Of a DNA stretch of 64,000 nt, positions 1-8,649 are shown piece after piece. Location: NCBI GenBank assembly GCA_963847705.1, contig CAWKBC010000030.1:160001-224000 (forward strand). The letters are read 5' to 3'. The notes beneath the pieces were generated by a model that saw only the letters and a list, made by a program, of their open reading frames with translations, was not told the DNA's origin and did no database searches. The translations under genes were made by a program, and so were the position numbers. Within the stretch, counting starts at the first letter, position 1. Each line of letters starts with the position of its first letter. This DNA is from an uncultured Pseudomonadota bacterium. Its GTDB lineage: Bacteria > Myxococcota_A > Polyangia > Fen-1088.

Positions 1-225
1 TCTGGCCCGGGCGCTCGAGCAACGCTCGGTGCGCAGACTCCACAGGCGAGTGCTCCTCAGCTCACTTGTACTGGGCGGCTTGCTGTCTGTCGCCGGCGCG
101 ACCGTCGCCTCCATGCTCTCCCGACGCTGGACCACCAAGGGAGCAGCGACCTGCGACGATCGTGCGGCCGTTCAACCAGATGCCAGCCGCTTGACGAAGG
201 ATCCTTCGCAACCCGTTCCGGCCCG

Positions 226-1626
226 TTACAGCGCCGGCATCTCGTCGCGTGTGACGACGTAGCTGCTGGTGTAGACGGACTGGAGGTGTGAAACCGAGTT
301 GGACGGGGACTCGTAGTACGGCGCCGTCCAGACGTTGAAGAAGAGCCACTTGGTCCCTGTCGTCATGAGTTGCGTCGGGTCGGGAATGGGACCGCATTCG
401 TGCAGCGCGATCGGCATGCGCGATCCGAAGACGGCGACGCACTTCTCGTAGAGCGCGTTCTGAGGATCGTAGTTCCCGTCGCCGGCATAGATGTCGGCGC
501 CGCCGATGTCGACCAGGCTCTTGCCGGGATAAAAGGACGCGTCGGGACTGCCGTCATAGGGTAAGAGCCAGATCATGTTGGTGAGTCCCTTGGTGGCCGT
601 CAGATAGTCGAACGCGTACTTGTAGACACGCACGTACTGCGCGCCGCCTTCCATCGACCACCAGAACCAGGTTCCGCCGGCCTCGTGAAACAGGCGCATG
701 ATCGCGACGCCGTCGGCGTCCTCTACCGTCTGGACCATCCGCGCGACGTTGTCGAGGCGGGTCTTGAACGTCTGGTTGTAGGTGCTCCCTTCCGTGAGCA
801 GCGTGTTGATGTCGGTCTTGGTCATCGCGCTCTGGTAGCCGTCGCCGTTCACGATCCCCATGTGGTAGCCGAACATGCAGAGGCCGTTCTTCTTCGAATG
901 GGCCACGCATTGGGTCGGTGCCATGCTGTTGTTCACGTCGAACGCCCGGATGGCCGGATACTTGCCGGTGTTCGCCGCGATGTAAGTCATGGCGTCGTCG
1001 TCGTTGTTCTCCTCTTGGCCCGCCAAGATGTGATTGCCGTAGGTCTGGTAGAGGTAGCAGAGGGCGGCGCGCGTCTTCGCCGTGGCGTTGGGCGTGACCG
1101 GTTCGACGCCACAGCCACCGCTGGTGCCGGCCGTGGCGCCCGCTCCACCGCCTCCGGTGGCGTGGCCGCCGGCACCGGCGGCTCCACCACCCGTCGCGTG
1201 ACCGCCCGCGCCTCCCAGTGCGCCGCCGGCTCCGCTGCGGCCGGCCTGCCCGCCGCCCGTGCCCACGTTGCCGCCATTCCCGTTGGTTCCGCCCGTCCCC
1301 GTCGTTCCGCCGCTTCCCTTGCTGCCGCCCGCGCCCGTGGTTCCTCCGCTTCCTGTCGTGCCGCCGGTCGCGACCGCTCCGCCACTTCCGACCGCACCTC
1401 CGGTACCCGCGCCGGCGGCTCCGCCAGTGCCCGGTTCGACGCCGCCGCCGGAGCCGGTGCCCTCGACGCCACCCGACCCGGGTCCCGCTCCGCCGGTCCC
1501 GGAGCTGCCGCCGGTCGTCGTTCCGCCCGCGCCGTTCGGAGGTCCCGCGTCGTCCGCGCTTCCCGGTTCAGTACAGGCAGTGACGACCAACGCAAGAAGG
1601 ACGCAAGGCAGAACCGCTCTCTTCAT
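226..1626 (-). CDS. GH26 family glycoside hydrolase (beta-mannanase-like) lipoprotein with Gly/Thr-rich linker
   Basis: Lipobox VTAC; long G/T linker; GH26-type motifs RLFHEAGGTWFWW and IALHECG. Confidence 0.85.
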   Translation of the reverse strand: MKRAVLPCVLLALVVTACTEPGSADDAGPPNGAGGTTTGGSSGTGGAGPGSGGVEGTGSGGGVEPGTGGAAGAGTGGAVGSGGAVATGGTTGSGGTTGAGGSKGSGGTTGTGGTNGNGGNVGTGGGQAGRSGAGGALGGAGGHATGGGAAGAGGHATGGGGAGATAGTSGGCGVEPVTPNATAKTRAALCYLYQTYGNHILAGQEENNDDDAMTYIAANTGKYPAIRAFDVNNSMAPTQCVAHSKKNGLCMFGYHMGIVNGDGYQSAMTKTDINTLLTEGSTYNQTFKTRLDNVARMVQTVEDADGVAIMRLFHEAGGTWFWWSMEGGAQYVRVYKYAFDYLTATKGLTNMIWLLPYDGSPDASFYPGKSLVDIGGADIYAGDGNYDPQNALYEKCVAVFGSRMPIALHECGPIPDPTQLMTTGTKWLFFNVWTAPYYESPSNSVSHLQSVYTSSYVVTRDEMPAL

Positions 1627-1676
1627 GATGGTGCGTGGAAGAGGGCATCGCCTGCGGTTTCCTTCCTGCGATCTTC

Positions 1677-2456
1677 CTATTCAGCGATGACGCCGGTGGG
1701 GCCGACCCGCGAGAGGCTGATCGCGCAGTCGTCGATCGCCACCACCGCCGTCGATGGGGTCAGATTCTCGCCGACGTTGACCACGTCCCATTCGACCCAG
1801 GGGGTCGGCGCCATCGGTTGCCCGGACACGTCGACGACCATCCGTCCGTCCAACCAGATCGTGAGCCGCCCCGAATCGTCCTGCGCGTTTCGATAAAAGG
1901 CCTCGATCTGGAACCAGACACCGACCGGAACCACCGGAGCCGGCGTGACGATCGGGACGTCGGCCCCAGACTGGTGATCGTAGAGCAACAACGTCAATGA
2001 ACCGTCCGCCGCGTTCGTGAGCTCCAGGTCGTAGAACTCATTCTCCGTGTTGGGGTCGTTGGCGTCGTTGCGCAGGCGGAACTTGAGCAGGAGCCAGAAG
2101 TTCCCCACGGAGATCGTCCGCGGGAGATAGTACCAGGCGCTGTAGTAGGCCTCGACGGGGAGTCCTTCTTTCCGCGTGAGACCGGCGTTCTCTTGCGTGC
2201 CATCCGATCCGGCGTCGATGGTCAGCGCGGCGGCGTTGCGACCGTGGTGAGCGTAGGTGCTGGACACCACGATCGTGTCGCCGGAATCCGGATAAGCGTT
2301 GGCAGACCCGCCGACGTTCGTCCACTCATCGAAGGTGCCGTCTTCGAAGAGCGCGGTCCACAGCACGTTCGATCCGAGGTCCATCCGAGGTCCGCACCCG
2401 GCGGCCAGGACCCCGAAGAGGACGGCCGCCGCGATCGCGGGGCGCCCGTGCGCCAT
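1677..2456 (-). CDS. Lipoprotein with polysaccharide-lyase-like beta-jelly-roll domain
   Basis: ATG at 2456 overlaps the upstream TGA; lipobox AAGC; FEDGTFDEW, YYSAWYYLP, WFQIE and IWLDG motifs typical of lyase-like/LamG folds. Confidence 0.6.
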   Translation of the reverse strand: MAHGRPAIAAAVLFGVLAAGCGPRMDLGSNVLWTALFEDGTFDEWTNVGGSANAYPDSGDTIVVSSTYAHHGRNAAALTIDAGSDGTQENAGLTRKEGLPVEAYYSAWYYLPRTISVGNFWLLLKFRLRNDANDPNTENEFYDLELTNAADGSLTLLLYDHQSGADVPIVTPAPVVPVGVWFQIEAFYRNAQDDSGRLTIWLDGRMVVDVSGQPMAPTPWVEWDVVNVGENLTPSTAVVAIDDCAISLSRVGPTGVIAE

Positions 2457-3415
2457 CAAAGCAGCCCCCACGAGATGCCGGCCGTCGCGCCAACGTTCCA
2501 CGGCGCCGCTCGACCGAGATCGCCGGCCGGCAGCGCGAACATCTCCGGTGCACCGGGAAACCACGCAGCGTCGAGCAGGAAGAACGGCGACCACCTCCGT
2601 CGCGTCGCAACCAGCAGCCCGGCCGCCGCGCGGGGACCAACCGCGTAGGAGACCTGCGCCTGGGCGACCGACAGCGTGGTCGCGCGAGCGGCGAGAAGCT
2701 CGAACACGGCACCGAGCTCGACGAAGACGCGCGTGCGCCCGGTCGTCGGCCCGACGGCAGCGCGCACATCCACGTCGGCGGTCGCTCGCCATTGGCGGAA
2801 CCCGACACCTCCGGCATCGAGGTCGAATGGACCGGAGACGCCGAGGCCGACGACCGGGACGAGTGGTCGATGTCCGAACGCGATCCGGAAGAGAAGCCCG
2901 GGCGCAATTGTCGATGCGGCGCCGCCCAGAACCGCGTCGGCGGTCACGCCCAGGTCCAGGTGAAGCCGCGCGACGGCCGGCGCGGACAGAGCCTCAGGCG
3001 GCGCGGCACGAACGGCCTCGATCGGCGGTGGTGCGGCCGGAGAGGGACCCGCCGCCGTCGGTTCGGCTCCGGCGACGATGGCCACAAACAGGGCGGCGAA
3101 TTGGGCCCGCTTCTCGCAGTCCCGGGACAGGTCCCCGTATTCGCGGACGTGGCTTCCTGCGGTGACCCGGACGGATGGACCGAGGTCGGCGATCTGCACG
3201 GGGGCCCCTTGCCCACCCAGCAAGTGTATCCGGTCGACCAAGATCTGGCCTGGGACGAGCGGCAGCAGATGCTGCCAGACGAGCGCGGGGGACGGGCAGC
3301 TGCCAAAACCTCCGATCAGCGACGCGGGATCCACGCTCCGCGCGGCGGCCCCGGACATGGCGCCGAACAATACGGCCATCCCGACCATCAGAGGGGAGGT
3401 GCGCGGCCCACTCAC
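2456..3415 (-). CDS. Exported hypothetical protein, C-terminal half beta-strand rich (possible outer-membrane barrel)
   Basis: Signal peptide, CPS motif, Pro linker, amphipathic strands ending AGISWGLL; translationally coupled to the next gene. Confidence 0.6.
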   Translation of the reverse strand: MSGPRTSPLMVGMAVLFGAMSGAAARSVDPASLIGGFGSCPSPALVWQHLLPLVPGQILVDRIHLLGGQGAPVQIADLGPSVRVTAGSHVREYGDLSRDCEKRAQFAALFVAIVAGAEPTAAGPSPAAPPPIEAVRAAPPEALSAPAVARLHLDLGVTADAVLGGAASTIAPGLLFRIAFGHRPLVPVVGLGVSGPFDLDAGGVGFRQWRATADVDVRAAVGPTTGRTRVFVELGAVFELLAARATTLSVAQAQVSYAVGPRAAAGLLVATRRRWSPFFLLDAAWFPGAPEMFALPAGDLGRAAPWNVGATAGISWGLL

Positions 3416-3500
3416 GTCATGACGATATCCGAAGCGAAGCCGCCGACGAATCTCTGACGGGACTCATTTAATCAGTCGGGCCTGTCGATTTCGGTAAGGA

Positions 3501-4160
3501 ATGGCCGCTGACGGACCCTCTTCCACACTGATGGCTGGACTTTCGGTTTCGGTGGACTCCGGTTCGCCGAACCATCAGGACGCAAGCTCACGTTTGGTGC
3601 GGCGCACGCAGTTCTTGACGCTTTACGACGTATGGTGCGAGAGCGTCATGAGATGGATCCGGGCTCTCGGGGGACCCGAGGCGGACCGGGACGACATCGC
3701 GCAGGAGGTGTTCTTGGTCGCCAGTCGGCGGCTTCATGCCTTCGATGGCAGCAACCCGGCAGGCTGGCTCTACCGGATCACTCAGCGTCAGGTCCGTGAC
3801 TTCCGACGCCGGACCTGGATAAGGAGGATTTTCAACCGAGAGCACACCGACGCCGTCGAGACGTTGCCGGACGATGGCTCCAGCCCCGCGCGAGCGCTCG
3901 AGCGCAAGGAGAAACAACGCATCTTGAACGCGCTGCTTTCCAAGATGAACGTCGACCGACGGGCGGCCTTCGTCCTCTTCGAGATCGACGGGCTATCCGG
4001 GGAAGAGATCGCCAAGATTCAAGGCGTCGCCGTCAATACGGTCTGGAAGCGGCTGCATGTCGCGAGGAAGGAATTCATGGCGCTCGTCGCGCGTCACCAG
4101 CACGGCTACGATCCAGCGGCGCCGCTGGCCGGACGGCGAGGGAAGGGGGGGCGAACCTGA
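3501..4160 (+). CDS. ECF sigma-70 family RNA polymerase sigma factor
   Basis: DDIAQEVF and GWLYRI (region 2); RAAFVLFEIDGLSGEEIA..GVAVNTVWKRL (region 4). Confidence 0.92.
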   Translation: MAADGPSSTLMAGLSVSVDSGSPNHQDASSRLVRRTQFLTLYDVWCESVMRWIRALGGPEADRDDIAQEVFLVASRRLHAFDGSNPAGWLYRITQRQVRDFRRRTWIRRIFNREHTDAVETLPDDGSSPARALERKEKQRILNALLSKMNVDRRAAFVLFEIDGLSGEEIAKIQGVAVNTVWKRLHVARKEFMALVARHQHGYDPAAPLAGRRGKGGRT

Positions 4161-4921
4161 TGGCGACTCGAGACGACGACGTCTTCGCTCCGTTCGGCCG
4201 GTTGGCCGACGCGTCCCGCGATCGCCCGGGCGAGACGGGAGGGGTTCGCGCGCGTGCGGTCGAGCTGATCGAGAGCATGGATCCCCTCCGGTTCCCGGCC
4301 GCCCGCAAGCAACGCCTGTTGTTGAGCCTGGGCCGCGGGTCGGTGAAGCAGCGATGGATGTGGCTTCGCCCGGTCGTGGTCGGGTCCGTGCTGCTGGGCG
4401 GCGGCGCGGCGGCCAGCGCGGCGCTCACGGGTTGGCCGGCGCGCCTGATGCGCTCTCTGGAGACGCACGTCTCGCCGAGAGCCGAGGTTCGGCCGGTCAT
4501 GCGGCCCTCTGCGGCACCTGCGGCGCCGATGATTGCGCCCACGGCGGTGGTCGAGGCGCGTCCCGTCCCGGCACCGCGGACCCCGGTCTCGGCGCCAGTC
4601 CGCCGGTCGCCGATCGAAGGGCCGGCTCGTCGGCCGCAAGCGGAGCAGCTCGCCGACGATCCCTCGCTGCTCGTCGGGGCGACGCACGCGCTGCGGGTCG
4701 ACCGGGATCCGGAGCTGGCACGCGCGCTGGCCAAGCGCTACCTCGATCGACAACCGAAGGGCGCGCTGGCGGACGAAGCGCTCGCCATCTCGATCGAGGC
4801 CGCCATCGATCACCGCGACGCCGACGCCGCGGCGCTGAGCGCCAGGTACCTGGCTCAGTTCCCGCACGGCTCGTTTCGCGCGCTCGCGGAGCGGACGCTG
4901 GCCTCGTCTCAGAGCCGTTAG
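4160..4921 (+). CDS. Putative anti-sigma factor: single TM, Pro-rich spacer, C-terminal TPR-like helices
   Basis: Overlaps sigma stop (TGATG); TM VVVGSVLLGGGAAASAAL; RYLDRQPKG and RYLAQFPHGS TPR-like motifs. Confidence 0.65.
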   Translation: MATRDDDVFAPFGRLADASRDRPGETGGVRARAVELIESMDPLRFPAARKQRLLLSLGRGSVKQRWMWLRPVVVGSVLLGGGAAASAALTGWPARLMRSLETHVSPRAEVRPVMRPSAAPAAPMIAPTAVVEARPVPAPRTPVSAPVRRSPIEGPARRPQAEQLADDPSLLVGATHALRVDRDPELARALAKRYLDRQPKGALADEALAISIEAAIDHRDADAAALSARYLAQFPHGSFRALAERTLASSQSR

Positions 4922-5127
4922 CTGGCGCAGGTCCTGACGTCGTTTCCGGGGAAGATCCTCGTTCCCCGTCCCTTAGTGGGGGGGCGACCATCGCGTTCGA
5001 ATCGCTCGCAGCTCGGCACGCCTCGCTATTGCCCGTGAAGCCGCAGTCGACAATCCGCGCGGCCGCGGTCAGGGGGCGGTGGGTGTTTTGGGGGAAGGTC
5101 GACTTCCCTCATCGCCCTTGTTCGGCC

Positions 5128-6618
5128 ATGAAGAGAGCCCTCGTTCTGTCGATCATCGTTGCGCTCGGCTGCTATGGCTGCGCGGGGTCGGACTCGAGTG
5201 ACGACGCCGGTGGGACGGGAGGGACAAGCCAGACCGGCGGCACCGGCGGTCCGGAGGGGACCGGAGGTTCGTCCGACACCGGCGGCACGACCGGCAGCGG
5301 TGGCGTGACGGCGAGCGGCGGTACGACCGGCACCGGTGGCGTGACGGGAAGCGGCGGCAAGATCGCCACCGGCGGGACCACCGGCAGCGGGGGCGTCACG
5401 GGTACGGGGGGTGCCTCGGCGAGCGGTGGCGCGACCGGCACGGGCGGGACGCTCGGAAGCGGGGGAGTCACCGGCGCCGGGGGCAACCGAGGGTCCGGTG
5501 GGACGGTCGGCACCGGAGGGACGGCTGGCAGCGGGGGAGTTACCGGTGTTGCGGGCAACCGAGGCTCCGGCGGGAACGTCGGAAGCGGCGGCGTGACGGG
5601 CACAGGCGGAAGTCCTGGCACCGGCGGGACGACGGGAACGGGCGGGACGACGACATCTCCCTGCAGCGTCATGCCGGTCACGCCGGGCGCATCGCCGCAG
5701 GCACAGAAGCTGCTGTGCTACCTCTATAGCCAGTACGGCAACCACGTCTTGTCGGGACAGCAGGAAGCCAACTGGAACGCCAATCCCACCGACTTGAGCT
5801 GGTACAATACGAATATCGGGAAGTACCCGGCGATCGACGGAAGCGATTTCCTTTACACCAATGGTGCGTCGTGTTCATCGGTCACTGCTTCCACGACGCG
5901 CGCCATTGCCTATTGGAACGCGGGCGGGTTGACCATGTTCCGCTACCACGTAGGCGAACCTGTGGCCGGTTCCACGTGCGCGCAGGACTGCTACATGGGT
6001 GCGAATTGTGCGGAACCCACCAACACAGCAGCAAGTAGCCTGTTCTCCAACGTGATCACGGCGGGAACAGCAGAGAACACGGCCTGGAACAACAGGCTTG
6101 ACTACGTGGCGGTTCAAATTGGCGCCATGAAGGCCGCCGATGTACCGATAATCCTGGCGCTATTTCACGAAACGCAATCCAACGGATGGTTCTGGTGGGC
6201 TCAAGGCACAGCCGCGCAGTTCGTCGCCTTGTACAAATATACGTTCAACTACCTTACCACCACCAAGGGGCTCAACAACATCATTTGGCTCATGCCCTAT
6301 AGCGGGTCTCCGGCGGCATCGTTTTATCCAGGTTCGAGCGTGGTCGATATCGCGGGAGGCGATACCTACGGAACCAATCAACCCTTTTCCGGCCTTTACA
6401 GCAGCGTCAAAGGGATCGCAGGCGGCACGATGCCCCTCGCGTTGCACGAGACCGGGCTCATTCCAACTCCCAGCGCGATGTTTCCCACCTCGGCGCCGTG
6501 GATACTGTTCAATATCTGGGCGGGATATGAGACGTCGAACAATACGGTGGCTAACATCAAGAGCGTCTATTCTGATTCTCACCTCATCACGCGCGATCTA
6601 ATCCCAAATCTGAAATAG
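5128..6618 (+). CDS. Second GH26 family glycoside hydrolase lipoprotein with Gly/Thr linker
   Basis: Start MKRALVLS, lipobox-like CYGC; ALFHETQSNGWFWW and LALHETG; paralogue of 226..1626. Confidence 0.85.
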   Translation: MKRALVLSIIVALGCYGCAGSDSSDDAGGTGGTSQTGGTGGPEGTGGSSDTGGTTGSGGVTASGGTTGTGGVTGSGGKIATGGTTGSGGVTGTGGASASGGATGTGGTLGSGGVTGAGGNRGSGGTVGTGGTAGSGGVTGVAGNRGSGGNVGSGGVTGTGGSPGTGGTTGTGGTTTSPCSVMPVTPGASPQAQKLLCYLYSQYGNHVLSGQQEANWNANPTDLSWYNTNIGKYPAIDGSDFLYTNGASCSSVTASTTRAIAYWNAGGLTMFRYHVGEPVAGSTCAQDCYMGANCAEPTNTAASSLFSNVITAGTAENTAWNNRLDYVAVQIGAMKAADVPIILALFHETQSNGWFWWAQGTAAQFVALYKYTFNYLTTTKGLNNIIWLMPYSGSPAASFYPGSSVVDIAGGDTYGTNQPFSGLYSSVKGIAGGTMPLALHETGLIPTPSAMFPTSAPWILFNIWAGYETSNNTVANIKSVYSDSHLITRDLIPNLK

Positions 6619-6667
6619 GACTGCTCGGTCCGTTGCGTCGTCTGGCTGAGTCATTCTTCGGGTCGTC

Positions 6668-7207
6668 ATGTCCAAGCCTGTTAAGCCCGCAATCGTCATC
6701 CTGGCCGCTGGAGTGATCGCACTGGCGATTGTTCTCATCGCGTTCGTTTCACGCGACAGGCGATCGGTACCGGCGCCGATTGAGACCCAAGACCCCCTCG
6801 TCGCGGCGACTCCGCCGCTGCTCAGTGGACCTGCCGCGGAGCCCCGGCCACCGTTTCCTGCCGCGTCGGCGACGGGACCCCCAGTGCGCATTGCAACGAA
6901 GTCAGATGCTGAGAAGCCACTCGACGAGACATCGCTGATGACCAAGCTGCATGACCTGGCGGCATCGGATCCGTCCCTGTCGCTGAGCTTGGCGAAGGAA
7001 GCGCTCCATCGTTTTCCAGACAGCCCCAACGCTCCAGAATTCAACTGGAATCTGGTCAAAGCTCTTTTCAACATGGGCCGCGTTGAAGAGGCGCAGGAAG
7101 AGGCTCGGACAATGATCGCGAAGTATCCGGGCAACGACTTTGCAGGTGACGTCGACCATCACCTGCTGAACCATCCGCCGAACCCGTCGGATGTTCCTAA
7201 TCCGTAG
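6668..7207 (+). CDS. Membrane-anchored TPR-like protein
   Basis: N-terminal TM, Pro-rich spacer, HRFPDSP..KALFNMGRVEEA..KYPG helices. Confidence 0.6.
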   Translation: MSKPVKPAIVILAAGVIALAIVLIAFVSRDRRSVPAPIETQDPLVAATPPLLSGPAAEPRPPFPAASATGPPVRIATKSDAEKPLDETSLMTKLHDLAASDPSLSLSLAKEALHRFPDSPNAPEFNWNLVKALFNMGRVEEAQEEARTMIAKYPGNDFAGDVDHHLLNHPPNPSDVPNP

Positions 7208-7249
7208 ATGCCAAGACCGCGCGTCGTCGTGCTGTTGATGGGGAGCGCG

Positions 7250-8007
7250 GGCCGTCGGCGTCGGTCGCGGGGGTACCGCCGCTGAGCGTTCCGTAGCCGC
7301 TGTTCGATAGCCCTGTGCTCGTCTGGTGCGTCCACAGGCTCCCTGTCTTGCCGAGCGACGTGACGTCGGCGATCACCAGCGAATCGACCTGGTCGCGGCG
7401 CAGTGAAGCGCCCGCGTTGGCCAGCACGCTGGCGTAGGCGGCGGCCGCGGTCATCGTCGGGATGCTGGCGGTGGTCGGCGACCAGGGGGCGGTCAACGCC
7501 GTGGCGCCGCCGGGCGGACCCATGGTGCTGCCGTTGAGCGTCCCGTCCTTGTTGCTGTCGAGCAGGTTGCCGGTGAAATACATCTGCTGGGTGTTGACCT
7601 GGTAGATCGCGTCCGAGGCCGACGTCGTGGCGGGACCGCTCACGAAGTAATTGTTCACCAGATCGTGCGTGAAAAGGCCGCCGGTGTTGCCCGCGGTGTA
7701 CCCGGCCTGGAAATCGTAGACCACGTTGTTGATGTACTGCGTGTTCGCCTTGGCCAGCGGGTTGCGGTTGTGCGCGTTCGCGAACACGTTGCGGTACCAG
7801 GTGTAGGGGTCCGTCTCGGTGTGGGCGTTGAACTGCTGCCCGATCGGGTCGGCGTCGATCGAGTTCATGACCGTGATGTTCGAGGCCCCGACCGCGTCGA
7901 TGTTGTTCCACTGCGCGAACTCGACCGACACGTGATCGAAGATCATGTTCGTCGCGTCGAGCAAGTTGATGCCGCTCTTGCTCGAGTCTGGGTCGAGGTC
8001 ACCCTGA
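7250..8007 (-). pseudogene. Internal fragment of a pectate lyase (PL1-like) gene
   Basis: NMIFDHVS, HNRNPLAK, INNVVYD, NNYF and RDQVD motifs; no credible start or signal peptide; similarity ends at TDADG; boundaries approximate. Confidence 0.7.
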
Positions 8008-8165
8008 CAGGCTGCTCGTCCGTGCGGCCGAAGCCTGGCGGGCAATCTCGCGGCGCCGGTGCGCTGTCAGAGCATGCGCGCGGGCTTTTCCGCCCTTGGC
8101 ACCACCAAGGCGCCCCAGAGCGACCGCATGAGGGTGACGTCAGGCTGGTCTTCCTCAATGGTCCG

Positions 8166-8189
8166 TCTGTACCATATCTGTACCATATC
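8166..8189. repeat. 11-bp tandem direct repeat TCTGTACCATA x2 near the tRNA 3' end
   Basis: Seen directly; resembles tyrosine-integrase arm-type sites. Confidence 0.6.
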
Positions 8190-8279
8190 GCCGGTTATTC
8201 GGGGGTACCGGACATACCCAGGAGTACCCACCCCACGCGGCCGACCTTCAAAACCAGCGGAAATTGCACGGATCTGCTG

Positions 8280-8352
<73 letters not shown>

Positions 8353-8649
8353 GTTTCTTAAGTGGTGCCGGTACTTACGTCATTCCCTGTCGAGCCGTCA
8401 ACCCCGCTTGCACCCGCCCCGCACCCACTGCCCCCGTCCGGTCGGCGCGACGGGCCGCCAGATCTATCACATCGCCGCCGGCCCGCGACAGGTTCGACCG
8501 TGGAGCTCAGGCGATCGGGCGGGCCTCGTCGACGAATCGGTGTCCCCGGGGGCGCCGCGGCGAATTCATCGCGCCGAAACCTGTTCGAAACCTGGAATGG
8601 GCCAGACTGCGGTTGGGCTGGGTGCCCACCGGGGGATCTCGCTTCGCGA

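Noticed and set aside
4057-5127. N-terminal extension of the 853-aa ORF
   Set aside because: Shadow of the anti-sigma gene and intergenic DNA; the signal peptide starts at 5128
5200-5650. Gly/Thr-rich repeats (also about 1120-1540 and 35740-36000) and their antisense Pro/Val ORFs as separate elements
   Set aside because: Ordinary low-complexity linkers of myxobacterial exported proteins; the antisense ORFs are by-products
8353-8649. c-di-AMP (ydaO) riboswitch ahead of kup or kdp
   Set aside because: The conserved ydaO blocks were not found in either leader; a lone GCTGAATCC at about 56330 lacks the rest of the motif
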